A stretch of 64,000 nt of DNA from an uncultured Prevotellaceae bacterium (GTDB taxonomy: Bacteria; Bacteroidota; Bacteroidia; Bacteroidales; Bacteroidaceae), in NCBI GenBank assembly GCA_900318795.1, contig ONLU01000019.1:178-64177 (forward strand), read 5' to 3'. Within the stretch, counting starts at the first letter, position 1, and every line of letters begins with the position of its first letter. The position numbers and the translations under genes were made by a program. Shown here one piece after another: positions 27,997 to 37,864 of the stretch. The notes beneath the pieces were generated by a model, which had not been told where the DNA came from, searched no databases, and saw only the letters and a list, made by a program, of their open reading frames with translations.

Positions 27997-28070
27997 CGGT
28001 GCGTACGAGACTCGAACTCGTGACCTCCTGCGTGACAGGCAGGCATTCTAACCTACTGAACTAACGCACC
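27997..28070 (-). tRNA. tRNA-Asp(GTC), identical second copy
   Basis: Same sequence as 27890-27963; TACCTTTG promoter at 28102-28109. Confidence 0.95.
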
Positions 28071-28149
28071 TCTTGTGGTCGCTTTTGTCGTTTAGCGGGT
28101 GCAAAGGTACAGATAATTTTCGAGAACGCAAAATTTTTTTGCGAAAACT

Positions 28150-28662
28150 TTATAAAAAACTTTGCATCAGCACTGCATTGCGGTATTTTCTGCCGTCAAA
28201 AAGCCAGTCTTTCAGCGTTGCCTGAAGTCCAAAACCCGACTTACGGAACAATTGGACAGCAGCCTCATTGCTCTCGTCTATCAAAGCATAGAGCTGATGA
28301 AGATGCAGTACCTGCAGGGCATAGCGGCAGAGTTCGGCAAGTGCTGCCGAAGCATAACCCCGCCTACGGAATGAGTCCAAAAGGACAATACCAACCTCGG
28401 CACGCTGGTGTTGAGGTTCGAAATGCACCAAATCGCACAAACCGACCGTCTGTCCATCCTCGTTCCCGATGACCAGCCTCACTTGCCGATCAGCATAAAT
28501 ATCGTCACTTGAGGTTGCAATATAGTCGTGCAGGGTATAGCGCGAATAAGGAACATTGGTAGTACCCACATTCCACAACCGGGTGTCATTCTCTATCAGA
28601 TAGAGTAAATCAAGATCCTCCGGCTCAATGGCTCGCAAACGTATAGTAGGAATACTGGTCAT
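28150..28662 (-). CDS. GNAT acetyltransferase (RimJ/SpeG-like)
   Basis: LRAIEPEDL, RAEVGI, RRRGYA and NEAAVQLFRKSGF motifs. Confidence 0.88.
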   Translation of the reverse strand: MTSIPTIRLRAIEPEDLDLLYLIENDTRLWNVGTTNVPYSRYTLHDYIATSSDDIYADRQVRLVIGNEDGQTVGLCDLVHFEPQHQRAEVGIVLLDSFRRRGYASAALAELCRYALQVLHLHQLYALIDESNEAAVQLFRKSGFGLQATLKDWLFDGRKYRNAVLMQSFL

Positions 28663-29531
28663 AGTTCACTGTTTTTTCTAGGGTTCAAAAAGTGGTGCAA
28701 GCGGTGTGTCAGCATTTCCAGCAGAGCCAGCGAGGCGCGGAAGTAGATGGCGGTCTTGATGGGCAATGACAACAAGAAACCGAAATGGCTATAGTGCTTG
28801 CGGAAAAAGATAAGCATGGCCTGATAGAACACGTGGACATAGCGGAACGACGACTTGTTGGTAGACTCACCCTTATAGTGGATGATGTCCAACGGCAGAT
28901 ACCAGTTCTGCCAGCCACCTTTCAGCAAGCGATACGACAAGTCGATATCCTCTCCGTACATGAAGAAGTCCTCGTCCAACAGCCCCACTTCATCAAGAGC
29001 CTTGCGGCGAAGCATGCAATAGGCTCCGCTAATGACCTCGATGCGTCCTGGCTGGTCCCAAGGCAGATTACTCATATAGTAACGATGGGTAAAACCCAGC
29101 ATTTTGAGCATGGCCACCCAAGGTGTAGGAATGGCGCGACGCGACTCAGGAGCCGGTGTTCCCTCACGTGTCAGCATGCGCACTCCTGCCCCACCTGCCT
29201 CGGGATGGGCATCAAGGAAGTGCAGCGTCTCGCGGATGGTTGGTTCGTAGACCACGGTGTCAGGGTTCAGCAACAGCACATATTCGCTGTCGGACAGGCG
29301 GATTGCCTGATTGTTGGCACGTGCAAATCCTACATTGTCCTGATTGGCAATAAAATGAACATCAGGATGCAGCGGTCCCAACGTATCTACTGTACCGTCC
29401 GTAGAATTGTTGTCCACGACAAACACCTCACCATCGATTCCTTCGAGGGCTTTGCTGACACTCTGCAGACACTCATCCAACAGTTGGCAGACATTATAGC
29501 TGACAATGACTATGCAGACTTTCTTGGCCAT
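28659..29531 (-). CDS. GT2-family glycosyltransferase
   Basis: IVIVSYN, VVDNNSTDG, NVGFARANN, LLNPDT and FFMYGEDIDL motifs. Confidence 0.9.
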   Translation of the reverse strand: MAKKVCIVIVSYNVCQLLDECLQSVSKALEGIDGEVFVVDNNSTDGTVDTLGPLHPDVHFIANQDNVGFARANNQAIRLSDSEYVLLLNPDTVVYEPTIRETLHFLDAHPEAGGAGVRMLTREGTPAPESRRAIPTPWVAMLKMLGFTHRYYMSNLPWDQPGRIEVISGAYCMLRRKALDEVGLLDEDFFMYGEDIDLSYRLLKGGWQNWYLPLDIIHYKGESTNKSSFRYVHVFYQAMLIFFRKHYSHFGFLLSLPIKTAIYFRASLALLEMLTHRLHHFLNPRKNSEL

Positions 29532-29749
29532 ACAAATGGAATACAAAGTAAAAGGATTACGCCCAGATAGAAGAAGGGCGTGGTCTGATAGACCACATAC
29601 AGCAATGCATTGAGCAGCAGGGGCACTACGATAAGTGCCAGTCTCAACCACTTACTCCGCTTAAACAGGCGCAGCCCCAAATAGGCACACACCAGCGTTG
29701 CCAGCTCCATCACTGTAGTCCATATAAATTGTAATGTTTCTGCGTTCAT
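29510..29749 (-). CDS. Small membrane protein (79 aa, about 3 TM)
   Basis: Hydrophobic ORF filling the recR-GT2 gap on the same strand. Confidence 0.65.
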   Translation of the reverse strand: MNAETLQFIWTTVMELATLVCAYLGLRLFKRSKWLRLALIVVPLLLNALLYVVYQTTPFFYLGVILLLCIPFVWPRKSA

Positions 29750-29766
29750 ATCTCAATTTCTCTTTT

Positions 29767-30387
29767 TCACTTTCCCTCAAAGGGGGTACGATTCAGGATA
29801 GAGCGTCCCAACGTTACCTCGTCTGTGTACTCCAGTTCGTCGCCTACAGAGATACCTCGTGCGATAATGCTCAACTTCACATCCGTATAGGGTGCCAGTT
29901 TTCGGAAGATATAGAAATTGGTCGTATCGCCCTCCATCGTGGAACTGAGAGCCAAGATGACTTCCTTGATTTCTCCATGACTGACACGCTCTACAAGCGA
30001 ATCGATTTCCAAATCAGAAGGGCCAATACCGTCCATGGGCGAAATCACACCTCCCAACACATGATACAACCCGTTAAACTGCTGTGTATTCTCAACAGCC
30101 ATCACATCCTGGATGTTCTCCACCACACAGATGACAGAGTTATCGCGCCGAGGATCGCTACAGATGGGACACATGTCACTGTCGCTGATGTTATGGCACA
30201 CCTGACAGTATTTCACCTCATGCTTCATGGTGCTGACAGCATCGGCCAGTTTCATCACATCTTCCGTATCTTGACGCAGCAAGTGCAGCACCAAACGCAA
30301 AGCGGTCTTACGTCCGATGCCTGGCAGTTTAGAGAACTCCTGCACAGCACGTTCCAATAATTGTGATGGATATTGTTGTTGTAACAT
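29767..30387 (-). CDS. recR: Recombination mediator RecR
   Basis: [12 protein letters not shown]4 zinc finger, YHVLGG and TOPRIM ([17 protein letters not shown]). Confidence 0.96.
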   Translation of the reverse strand: MLQQQYPSQLLERAVQEFSKLPGIGRKTALRLVLHLLRQDTEDVMKLADAVSTMKHEVKYCQVCHNISDSDMCPICSDPRRDNSVICVVENIQDVMAVENTQQFNGLYHVLGGVISPMDGIGPSDLEIDSLVERVSHGEIKEVILALSSTMEGDTTNFYIFRKLAPYTDVKLSIIARGISVGDELEYTDEVTLGRSILNRTPFEGK

Positions 30388-30420
30388 CTTTCTTTTTTAG
30401 ACTATACTTTACGATTGTTG

Positions 30421-32223
30421 TCAGTTCTCTATTTCCGAAAGTTCCAACCACCTCATAGATTTCTCATCCAACTCGTCTTTCAGCAAGGGCAAGCGCTTGC
30501 TCATAGCGGTGATTTCTTCTACTGAAGTCGTACCTCCACAGAGCGCCTCCTCTATCTGTTTCTGCTCGGCCTCCAGGGCTGCGATATCACTTTCCAGCTG
30601 TTCCATCTCGCGTTTTTCCTTATAGCTCAGCTTACGTTTGCTGACGTTGGCAGTACGTGGGCGAGACGATGCGGAGGTGCGCGTTTTCTCAGAATTTGAA
30701 GCATTCTCGCGTCCACGAGTTTCTGTACTTTCGTCACCACGCATTTTCACCCACTCGCGATACTGTGTGTAGTTACCTGGGAAGTCCTTAATCTCTCCTT
30801 GCCCTTTGAACACCAATAGATGGTCCACCACCTTATCCATAAAATAGCGGTCGTGAGACACCACGATGACACAACCAGGAAAATCCTGCAGGTATTCCTC
30901 CAAAATCTGTAGCGTCACGATATCCAGGTCGTTGGTAGGCTCGTCAAGCACCAGAAAGTTGGGATTCTGCATCAACACGGTACAGAGGTATAGCTTGCGT
31001 CGCTCACCCCCACTCAGCTTATAGACGTAGTTGTACTGCTGCTCGTTGGTGAACAAGAAATGCTGCAATAACTGAGATGCTGACAGTTTGCGACCTCCGC
31101 CCAAGTCCACATACTCTGCAATGTCGCGGACAACATCTATTACTTTCACCTGTTCATCAAACTGCAGACCCTCTTGCGAGAAATATCCGAAACGGACGGT
31201 GTCGCCAATGACGATGTGTCCTTCATCGACAGGCACCTGCCCCAGCAGCATCTTAATGAAAGTTGACTTGCCAGTGCCATTGTTTCCCACAATTCCCATC
31301 TTCTCGAAGCGCGAGAAGTTATAGTAGAAGTCCTTCAGGATGATGGTGTCATCATAGCGCTTCGAGATATACTGACACTCGAAAATCTTACTACCTATAT
31401 ATATATTTGAAGCTTTCAACCGCAGTTGGCGTTCCTCGAGTCGTTGCTTGGCAACTTTCTCCAATTCGTAGAATGCATCCTCACGATAACGGGCCTTGTG
31501 ACCGCGGGCCTGAGGCATGCGGCGCATCCACTCCAACTCAGTACGGTAGAGATTGTTGGCACGAGCTATCTCGGCACGTTTATTGTCTATGCGTTCCTGC
31601 CGTTTCTCCAGATAATAGGCGTAGTTGCCGCGATAGGTATAGACCGTATGGTCGTCCAGTTCCAAAATGACACTGCAGACACGATCCAGAAAGAAGCGGT
31701 CGTGCGTCACCATGAGCAACGTACGATTGCCTCGCTGTAAATATCCCTCCAGCCATTCTATCATCTCCAAGTCAAGGTGGTTCGTAGGCTCGTCGAGTAT
31801 CAGCAGGTCTGGTTCCGTCAGTAAGACATTGGCCAAAGCCACGCGTTTCTGCTGGCCACCACTCAGTTCTCCCATACGCTGTTGGAGGTTTCGTATCTTC
31901 AGCTGCGTCAGCACCTGCTTGGCCTTCAACACCTTTTCTTCTTCACCTTGATGGTTAAAACAAGCATCAAGCACCGACTCATCAGGGTCGAACACAGGCG
32001 ACTGCTCCAAAAATCCCACCTTCAGGTCGCGCCGGAAAACAATATCGCCCGAGTCGTAGCCTTCTTTGCCTGACAGAATGCTAAGCAATGTCGACTTACC
32101 TGTACCATTCTTGGCTATCAGTCCTACCCGCTGACCTTCGCCAATGGAGAAACTAATATCCTGAAACAGTTGCAGGGCACCAAACGACTTGCTAAGATGT
32201 TGTACGTCGAGATAGGGAGTCAT
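30421..32223 (-). CDS. ABC-F family ATPase (Uup-like)
   Basis: Two ABC domains (NGTGKST, LSGGQ/LSGGE, LDEPTN), no TM segments, C-terminal KLSYKEKRE coiled coil. Confidence 0.92.
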   Translation of the reverse strand: MTPYLDVQHLSKSFGALQLFQDISFSIGEGQRVGLIAKNGTGKSTLLSILSGKEGYDSGDIVFRRDLKVGFLEQSPVFDPDESVLDACFNHQGEEEKVLKAKQVLTQLKIRNLQQRMGELSGGQQKRVALANVLLTEPDLLILDEPTNHLDLEMIEWLEGYLQRGNRTLLMVTHDRFFLDRVCSVILELDDHTVYTYRGNYAYYLEKRQERIDNKRAEIARANNLYRTELEWMRRMPQARGHKARYREDAFYELEKVAKQRLEERQLRLKASNIYIGSKIFECQYISKRYDDTIILKDFYYNFSRFEKMGIVGNNGTGKSTFIKMLLGQVPVDEGHIVIGDTVRFGYFSQEGLQFDEQVKVIDVVRDIAEYVDLGGGRKLSASQLLQHFLFTNEQQYNYVYKLSGGERRKLYLCTVLMQNPNFLVLDEPTNDLDIVTLQILEEYLQDFPGCVIVVSHDRYFMDKVVDHLLVFKGQGEIKDFPGNYTQYREWVKMRGDESTETRGRENASNSEKTRTSASSRPRTANVSKRKLSYKEKREMEQLESDIAALEAEQKQIEEALCGGTTSVEEITAMSKRLPLLKDELDEKSMRWLELSEIEN

Positions 32224-32230
32224 ACCAAGT

Positions 32231-32839
32231 TCAATGTTCTATGTCCAATGACTTATTGATACTCTCGATGTAGCCAAGCACCTCTTCCCTGCCCTCTTTC
32301 TTCTCTGCCGAAGTCAGGAACATAGGCGGTATCTCCTCCCACGTCTCAGAGAGTTTCTTCTTGTATGCTTCCATCGCCTGACGAGCCTTATTGGGTGTCA
32401 GCTTGTCGGCCTTGGTAAAGACAATGCTGAACGGTATGCTTGACAGACCCAACCACTCTATGAACTCAAGGTCTATCTTTTGTGGTTCCAAGCGGATATC
32501 CACCAATACAAAAACATTTACCAGTTGCTCACGCTGCAGGATGTACCCTCGAATCATCTGGTCCAGACGGTCCACTTCTTTTTTCGAGCGCTTGGCATAA
32601 CCATAACCCGGCAGGTCTACCAGATACCATTCCTTATTAATAATAAAGTGGTTGATGAGCAGCGTCTTGCCTGGAGTTGACGAAGTCTTGGCCAACTTCT
32701 TGTTGTTAGTCAGCATGTTGATAAGACTCGACTTACCCACATTCGAGCGGCCTATAAAAGCATATTCAGGCTTTGTATCTTTAGGACACATTGACACCAT
32801 CGGGGCCGAGAGCGAGAATTCTGCTTGTTTGATTTCCAT
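32231..32839 (-). CDS. engB: Ribosome biogenesis GTPase YihA/EngB
   Basis: [25 protein letters not shown] and TKADK motifs. Confidence 0.95.
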   Translation of the reverse strand: MEIKQAEFSLSAPMVSMCPKDTKPEYAFIGRSNVGKSSLINMLTNNKKLAKTSSTPGKTLLINHFIINKEWYLVDLPGYGYAKRSKKEVDRLDQMIRGYILQREQLVNVFVLVDIRLEPQKIDLEFIEWLGLSSIPFSIVFTKADKLTPNKARQAMEAYKKKLSETWEEIPPMFLTSAEKKEGREEVLGYIESINKSLDIEH

Positions 32840-32851
32840 ACGCCTTCGTTA

Positions 32852-33499
32852 TTATGAATTAAAGAAAGCTTTGATGAGTCCGAAGAGCAGCGTCAGACAA
32901 AGCACGATAACGGGAACCAAAAGGTCACGGAATTCATATTTTGCAGGGGTAGTAACCCGACAATATAGACGGTAAACCAGCCAGCCAACAAAACCGCCCC
33001 ACAACAGGCCGACCGTAATATCGCCAGGATAGTGTACTCCGAGGTAAAGACGTGTGTAGCAGTTAGTGAGCGACCAACCAACCACAAAACACACAAAGAG
33101 ACGGTGGCGCATCAAGAGCGAGAAGAACACAGCCAGGGAGAACGTGTTAGCAGCATGAGCCGAGAAGAAACCGTAGTTGCCTCCACGATAGCCATTGACG
33201 GTATCAATCAACGAACCGATTTCAGGGTCATGTGTAGGACGCCAGCGGGCTACCAGCGGTTTGACTATTTCATCGTCTACCCCTCCTGCCAGCAGTACAC
33301 ACAGTCCTGCAGCAGCCACGATGAAGAATATCTCGCGTGGCGTGCGGTTGGCCTTCCATACCACATAGAAGAGGGCCATGTAAAGGGGTATCCACGTCTG
33401 CGCCGTAGTCAGCGTCATAATCAGGCTGTCCAGAAACAGCGAGTCGCTGCCATTGAGTAGCAGCAACAATTGCTTGTCAAAGTGAATCAGTTCTTCCAT
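32852..33499 (-). CDS. PAP2-family membrane phosphatase
   Basis: KPLVARWRP, FFSAHAAN and TRLYLGVHYPGD motifs. Confidence 0.9.
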   Translation of the reverse strand: MEELIHFDKQLLLLLNGSDSLFLDSLIMTLTTAQTWIPLYMALFYVVWKANRTPREIFFIVAAAGLCVLLAGGVDDEIVKPLVARWRPTHDPEIGSLIDTVNGYRGGNYGFFSAHAANTFSLAVFFSLLMRHRLFVCFVVGWSLTNCYTRLYLGVHYPGDITVGLLWGGFVGWLVYRLYCRVTTPAKYEFRDLLVPVIVLCLTLLFGLIKAFFNS

Positions 33500-33554
33500 A
33501 TTTCAGATTTTGAATTATATATGCGATGCCAAACTCTGACCGGTCAGAGAATTT

Positions 33555-36116
33555 CTAAATCTCCTCCAAGTCTTTGGTTTCCAGCCAACCTTGCTTGCCG
33601 TCACCTACACGCACCTCACGCCAATCACGCATAGACCTGTCAGTAATGGTAACGCGCGTACCCTCATGAAGGATGAAAAGGTCTGTTCCATTCTTGGAGG
33701 GGGTGCTCTTGATATTGACGGCAGAGCTGATAATGACAGCTCCTGTGGGATGGTCGATGGCCTTCTTCTGCTGCCAGGCGAAGAGGTTGCTAACCACAAA
33801 GACCACCAGTAGGGCTAGGGCTCCGAAGAATCCCACTTTGCGCAACCAGATGCGTTCGGCAAAAAGATATGCCAAAGCCAATACAATAGCAATGGCAAGG
33901 GCAATCAGCGCCAACCGAGCCCAGGCATCCACACTCTGGATATTGACCAAGGCACGATACCAAGTGACAAAAAACATCTCCGACTCAGGCGTAATCTTGT
34001 CAATGGTTTTGGAACGGGCCATCTGCAGGTTAAAACGAATATCCTTGTCGCCTGGCGAGAGTAACAGTGCCCGTTCGTAGGCAATCACGGCATGCGTCAT
34101 GTTGTCCATACGGTAATAACAGTTGCCGAGATTGTAATACAATTCTGCTGAAACACCCTGTTTGAGCAGTTGCTCATACTGTTGGGCTGCCTGCTGGTAA
34201 TGTTCCTCTACATAGGAGCTGTCGGCCTCAGCTTTAGTGACAGCATGGGTGGCCATTGGAACTAGCATCAGCAGCAACAATACTGCCAACGGCTTGGGCT
34301 GACGACTTTTCTTCATCGTGTCGGCGATTTGTGTAATGGCATTCATAGCAGCATCGTAGACTTTATTCATATTTCCCTGCGCATCGCCAGGAGCATAGCG
34401 GGCAAACTCGCACTCATCAAGAGCACCGATAAACAGGTTGATGGTCTCTTCAGAAACGTTATGGGCCTGTAACTGCTGGCTGATATTTTCGCGCGACAAC
34501 TGCTCCACAGGCATGTTCAACTTGTCACCTACATAGCCCCAAAGAGCACGCAGCACCTCGTCGTAGAACTCTCCCTGCTTGCCATCCTTCAACAGGCGGG
34601 CAGCCTTCTTCAGCCTCTTTGTGGCAACCTTGTTGGCGCGTCCAGCACGTTGTTTGACGACATCGGCACGCTCAATGGCACGCTTGCGGAAGATGATGAA
34701 GAGTGACACAAAGCCCAAGAAGAGAACAGCCAACGTCACCCAATAGGCAGTAGAACCGAAGAAAAAGTCGCCGATGGCATGCTGACGCGTTGGTCCAGTC
34801 TTGATGTAATGAATATCCCTATTGAGCTGTCTCACATCCTCTTGTCCGCCATAAACGGCTGACGAACTGCCGCTACCCTTGGTAACATGCAGTTTGAAGG
34901 ATTCGGTACGGACGGTTTTATACTGGTTGTTCTTGGTGTCAAAATAGACATACTCCACAGCGGGTATATCAAAATCGCCCTGATGACGAGGAACGGCTAG
35001 GAACTCGTAGACGATAGAACCCTCAAGTCCGTTGGTGGTCAGCTTAGTATTGTCGGTAACCTTGGCATCATAGTGGTCGAAATCCTTGGGGAATTTGACA
35101 TCGGGCTGGCGCAATAGTTTCATATTGCCAACACCGCTGACCTCAACACGCAATTTGACAGGGTCGTTGGCCTTGACTTCTGTATGGTCGAGGGTAGCTG
35201 AAATGCTATAGGAGCCCACACCACCAGAGAAATTGGCAGGGCGCTGGGGCAAGGGATCTACCTGAATAGTAATGCCGGGAGCCTTGATTTGCTTCTTGAC
35301 CTCAACATATCCCGAACCACCGTTGAAAAATGCTTCGAATGGGTCTACATTGCGGTTCTGCTGCACAACAATACCCTCGTAGGTAATGCTAGGGACCTCG
35401 AGTTTTCCCGTAGCCTGGGGGAACATCACATACTGCTGCCAGGTTACGGTACGATAGGGTTTGCCATTCAGCGTCTCTATATGGAACTGCTTCTCTTGTG
35501 GCAGGGGGACTTCGCGGGTGTAGAAACTCTTCAAATCGGCCATCTTACCATTGAGCTGGGTCAGTCCGACCAACGTGTACACCTTATAGGTCAGCAGGAT
35601 GGGCTCCTGCTCACGGACATGCTGCTTAGAGGCTGTTACCTTGATGAACAAGTCACTGCCCGAGATGGCGGTTCCTGCGGCACGCACCTCTCCGGTACTG
35701 CTCTGTGGGTTCTGGCGCTGTGTCCCACCCTGCTGAGCCTGTCCGCTAACCTTGATATGCAACTCGTTTGAGCTAATGTTCTTGCCTGCGGCCGTCACAT
35801 GGGCTGCAGGAATGGTAAATGAGCCGTTCTTATTAGCTGAAAGGATATAAGTATAGGTAATGCTCGACGAACTAGAGGTATGACCGTTAACCATCTGGAA
35901 ACTGGACTGGGTGGACGTCGAGGGGCCCATCAGTACATCAAAGGCATCGGGAATCGCACCTGCGCGGAAGCCCTTGGCATCATCTGTATTAACGGTATAG
36001 GTCAACCGGAACTGCTCACCCACAGCCACCTGTCCCGGAGCACGGCCTGTCAATGTCTGCGCCCAGCTTACCACGGCTGACGCCCAAACGAGAATTACTA
36101 TCAGAAATTTCTTCAT
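33555..36116 (-). CDS. batD: BatD-BatE fusion protein
   Basis: BatD repeats (VAVGEQFRLTY, FSGGVG), TM segment, then TPR (LYYNLGNCYY...YERALLLSPGD) and C-terminal SH3-like (LHEGT...GWL) typical of BatE. Confidence 0.85.
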   Translation of the reverse strand: MKKFLIVILVWASAVVSWAQTLTGRAPGQVAVGEQFRLTYTVNTDDAKGFRAGAIPDAFDVLMGPSTSTQSSFQMVNGHTSSSSSITYTYILSANKNGSFTIPAAHVTAAGKNISSNELHIKVSGQAQQGGTQRQNPQSSTGEVRAAGTAISGSDLFIKVTASKQHVREQEPILLTYKVYTLVGLTQLNGKMADLKSFYTREVPLPQEKQFHIETLNGKPYRTVTWQQYVMFPQATGKLEVPSITYEGIVVQQNRNVDPFEAFFNGGSGYVEVKKQIKAPGITIQVDPLPQRPANFSGGVGSYSISATLDHTEVKANDPVKLRVEVSGVGNMKLLRQPDVKFPKDFDHYDAKVTDNTKLTTNGLEGSIVYEFLAVPRHQGDFDIPAVEYVYFDTKNNQYKTVRTESFKLHVTKGSGSSSAVYGGQEDVRQLNRDIHYIKTGPTRQHAIGDFFFGSTAYWVTLAVLFLGFVSLFIIFRKRAIERADVVKQRAGRANKVATKRLKKAARLLKDGKQGEFYDEVLRALWGYVGDKLNMPVEQLSRENISQQLQAHNVSEETINLFIGALDECEFARYAPGDAQGNMNKVYDAAMNAITQIADTMKKSRQPKPLAVLLLLMLVPMATHAVTKAEADSSYVEEHYQQAAQQYEQLLKQGVSAELYYNLGNCYYRMDNMTHAVIAYERALLLSPGDKDIRFNLQMARSKTIDKITPESEMFFVTWYRALVNIQSVDAWARLALIALAIAIVLALAYLFAERIWLRKVGFFGALALLVVFVVSNLFAWQQKKAIDHPTGAVIISSAVNIKSTPSKNGTDLFILHEGTRVTITDRSMRDWREVRVGDGKQGWLETKDLEEI

Positions 36117-36123
36117 TACTTAA

Positions 36124-37818
36124 TTACCAATTCTTTTCCAAACGGCGCTTCTGAGGCTGTTGCAGAGCCTTCTTCATGCGTTCCTGGGTCTGTTTTTCTT
36201 CTTGCATGGCTGCATTCAACAGTTGCTCGGCATTATCCTTGCTCATCTGCTGGTCCTGCTTTTGCTGTTCTTGCTTCTGTTGTTGCTGCTTCTGCTGGTC
36301 TTGTTTCTGCTTATCTTGCTTGTCCTTGTCCTGTTTGTCCTGCTTGTTGTTACCCTGGTTTTGCTGATTCTGCTGCTGTTTTAGTTGACGCTTGCAGAGT
36401 TCTAGATTGTAGCGGGTTTCGTCATCGACAGGATTGTTACGCAACGCCTCCTTGTAGGCTTCTATTGCTTCGCTGAAGAGCTGGTGCTGTTGACAGATGA
36501 CACCGATATTGTGGTACGCCTGTGCCCTTCGCAAGGGATTGGTCTCCAATTTGCCAGCCTTCTCCAGCTGAGTGATTGCCAGCGAATCCTTGCGTTGCAA
36601 CATCAAGGCATTGCCCAGATTGTAGTTGGCCTGAGGGTTGCGTTGGTTTTTCTCCACAGCCTTACGGTAGGACACCTCTGCCTCGGCAGCATTGCCCAAG
36701 CGAAACTGCTTGTTGCCCTGACGCACCAATTGGCGGTCTGACTGCGCCATAGCCACTGTACTCAGCATGAACAGCAAGAATACAGCCACTGACTTGGGAG
36801 AGCGCTTGAACAGCGAGATGCGCCTCATCAATGGGTTCTTGACTTCAAGGATGCACACTTCGATAATGAGCAGCAGTAGAACCAGAATGCCTACGGCCTG
36901 AAACTGCTCGTCGTAGTCGCTATAGATGGTGGTCGATATTTCTTTCTTGGCTAACTTGTCTAGAGCAAGGTCCAACTGCTGCTGGGCATTGCTATTGTTC
37001 TCGACATGGATATAGGCGCCACCGCCAGCATCAGCCAATTGACGACACATATCTTCATTAAGTCCCGTCATTACGGTCTGACCCGTATTGTCTTTCAAAT
37101 AGTCACCATCACCCGTAGGAATAGGAGCGCCATCAGGTGAGCCCACACCCAGCACATAGGTGTTCATACCTCGCTCACGGGCATCTTTAGCAGCCTCCAA
37201 AGCACCACCCTCATGGTCCTCACCGTCGGTAATGACGATAATGGCCTTTCCCACGCCCTCCTGTTGGGTAAAGCTATGGGACGCCATGTTGACTGCTGTA
37301 GCAATATCGGTGCCTTGGGTAGCTATCATCCCAGGGCTGATGTTAGAGAGGAACATCTTAGCCGACACATAGTCACTGGTGATGGGCAGTTGCACAAAGG
37401 CATCGCCGGCAAACACGATAAGACCTATCTTGTCGTTGGTGAAGTGGTCCACCAGATTCTCTATCATCATCTTCGAGCGATCCAGACGGCTGGGTGCCAC
37501 ATCTTCGGCCAGCATCGAGTTGCTGACGTCCAGACAGATGATTGTCTCTATGCCGGTACGTTTTTCGTGACTGATTTTCGTGCCCAACTGAGGACGGGCC
37601 AGCATAACAATGAGTAACGTTAACGCTCCCAAGAGCATCCAGAACTTGACAGCGGGACGGAAGCGTGATACATTGGGCATCAGCTGGTGCACCAGTTCAA
37701 TGTCACCAAAGCGGCGCAAACGCCGCTTCTGCTGGTGTACCATCAGCAAACGGATAGCAAACAGTACTGGGACAACTGCTAACAAATAGAGATATATAGG
37801 GTCTTCGAATCTAAACAC
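36124..37818 (-). CDS. batB: BatB-BatC fusion (vWA plus TPR)
   Basis: BatA-type N-terminus, MIDAS DVSNSM, ITDGEDH, then TPRs and a Q/K-rich tail ending EKNW; GTG start. Confidence 0.85.
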   Translation of the reverse strand: MFRFEDPIYLYLLAVVPVLFAIRLLMVHQQKRRLRRFGDIELVHQLMPNVSRFRPAVKFWMLLGALTLLIVMLARPQLGTKISHEKRTGIETIICLDVSNSMLAEDVAPSRLDRSKMMIENLVDHFTNDKIGLIVFAGDAFVQLPITSDYVSAKMFLSNISPGMIATQGTDIATAVNMASHSFTQQEGVGKAIIVITDGEDHEGGALEAAKDARERGMNTYVLGVGSPDGAPIPTGDGDYLKDNTGQTVMTGLNEDMCRQLADAGGGAYIHVENNSNAQQQLDLALDKLAKKEISTTIYSDYDEQFQAVGILVLLLLIIEVCILEVKNPLMRRISLFKRSPKSVAVFLLFMLSTVAMAQSDRQLVRQGNKQFRLGNAAEAEVSYRKAVEKNQRNPQANYNLGNALMLQRKDSLAITQLEKAGKLETNPLRRAQAYHNIGVICQQHQLFSEAIEAYKEALRNNPVDDETRYNLELCKRQLKQQQNQQNQGNNKQDKQDKDKQDKQKQDQQKQQQQKQEQQKQDQQMSKDNAEQLLNAAMQEEKQTQERMKKALQQPQKRRLEKNW

Positions 37819-37849
37819 TTTGAACTTTGAACTTTAAACTTTGAACTTT
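37819..37849. repeat. AAAGTTY heptamer array ending at the batB GTG start
   Basis: Minus strand reads AAAGTTC AAAGTTT AAAGTTC AAAGTTC AAA-GTG. Confidence 0.8.
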
Positions 37850-37864
37850 ATATTATGAACTCTA

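Noticed and set aside
27890-28070. 74-bp direct repeat as a possible att pair
   Set aside because: Both copies are complete tRNA-Asp genes 33 bp apart
36240-36385. CTG/TTG low-complexity tract
   Set aside because: Encodes the Q/K-rich BatC linker
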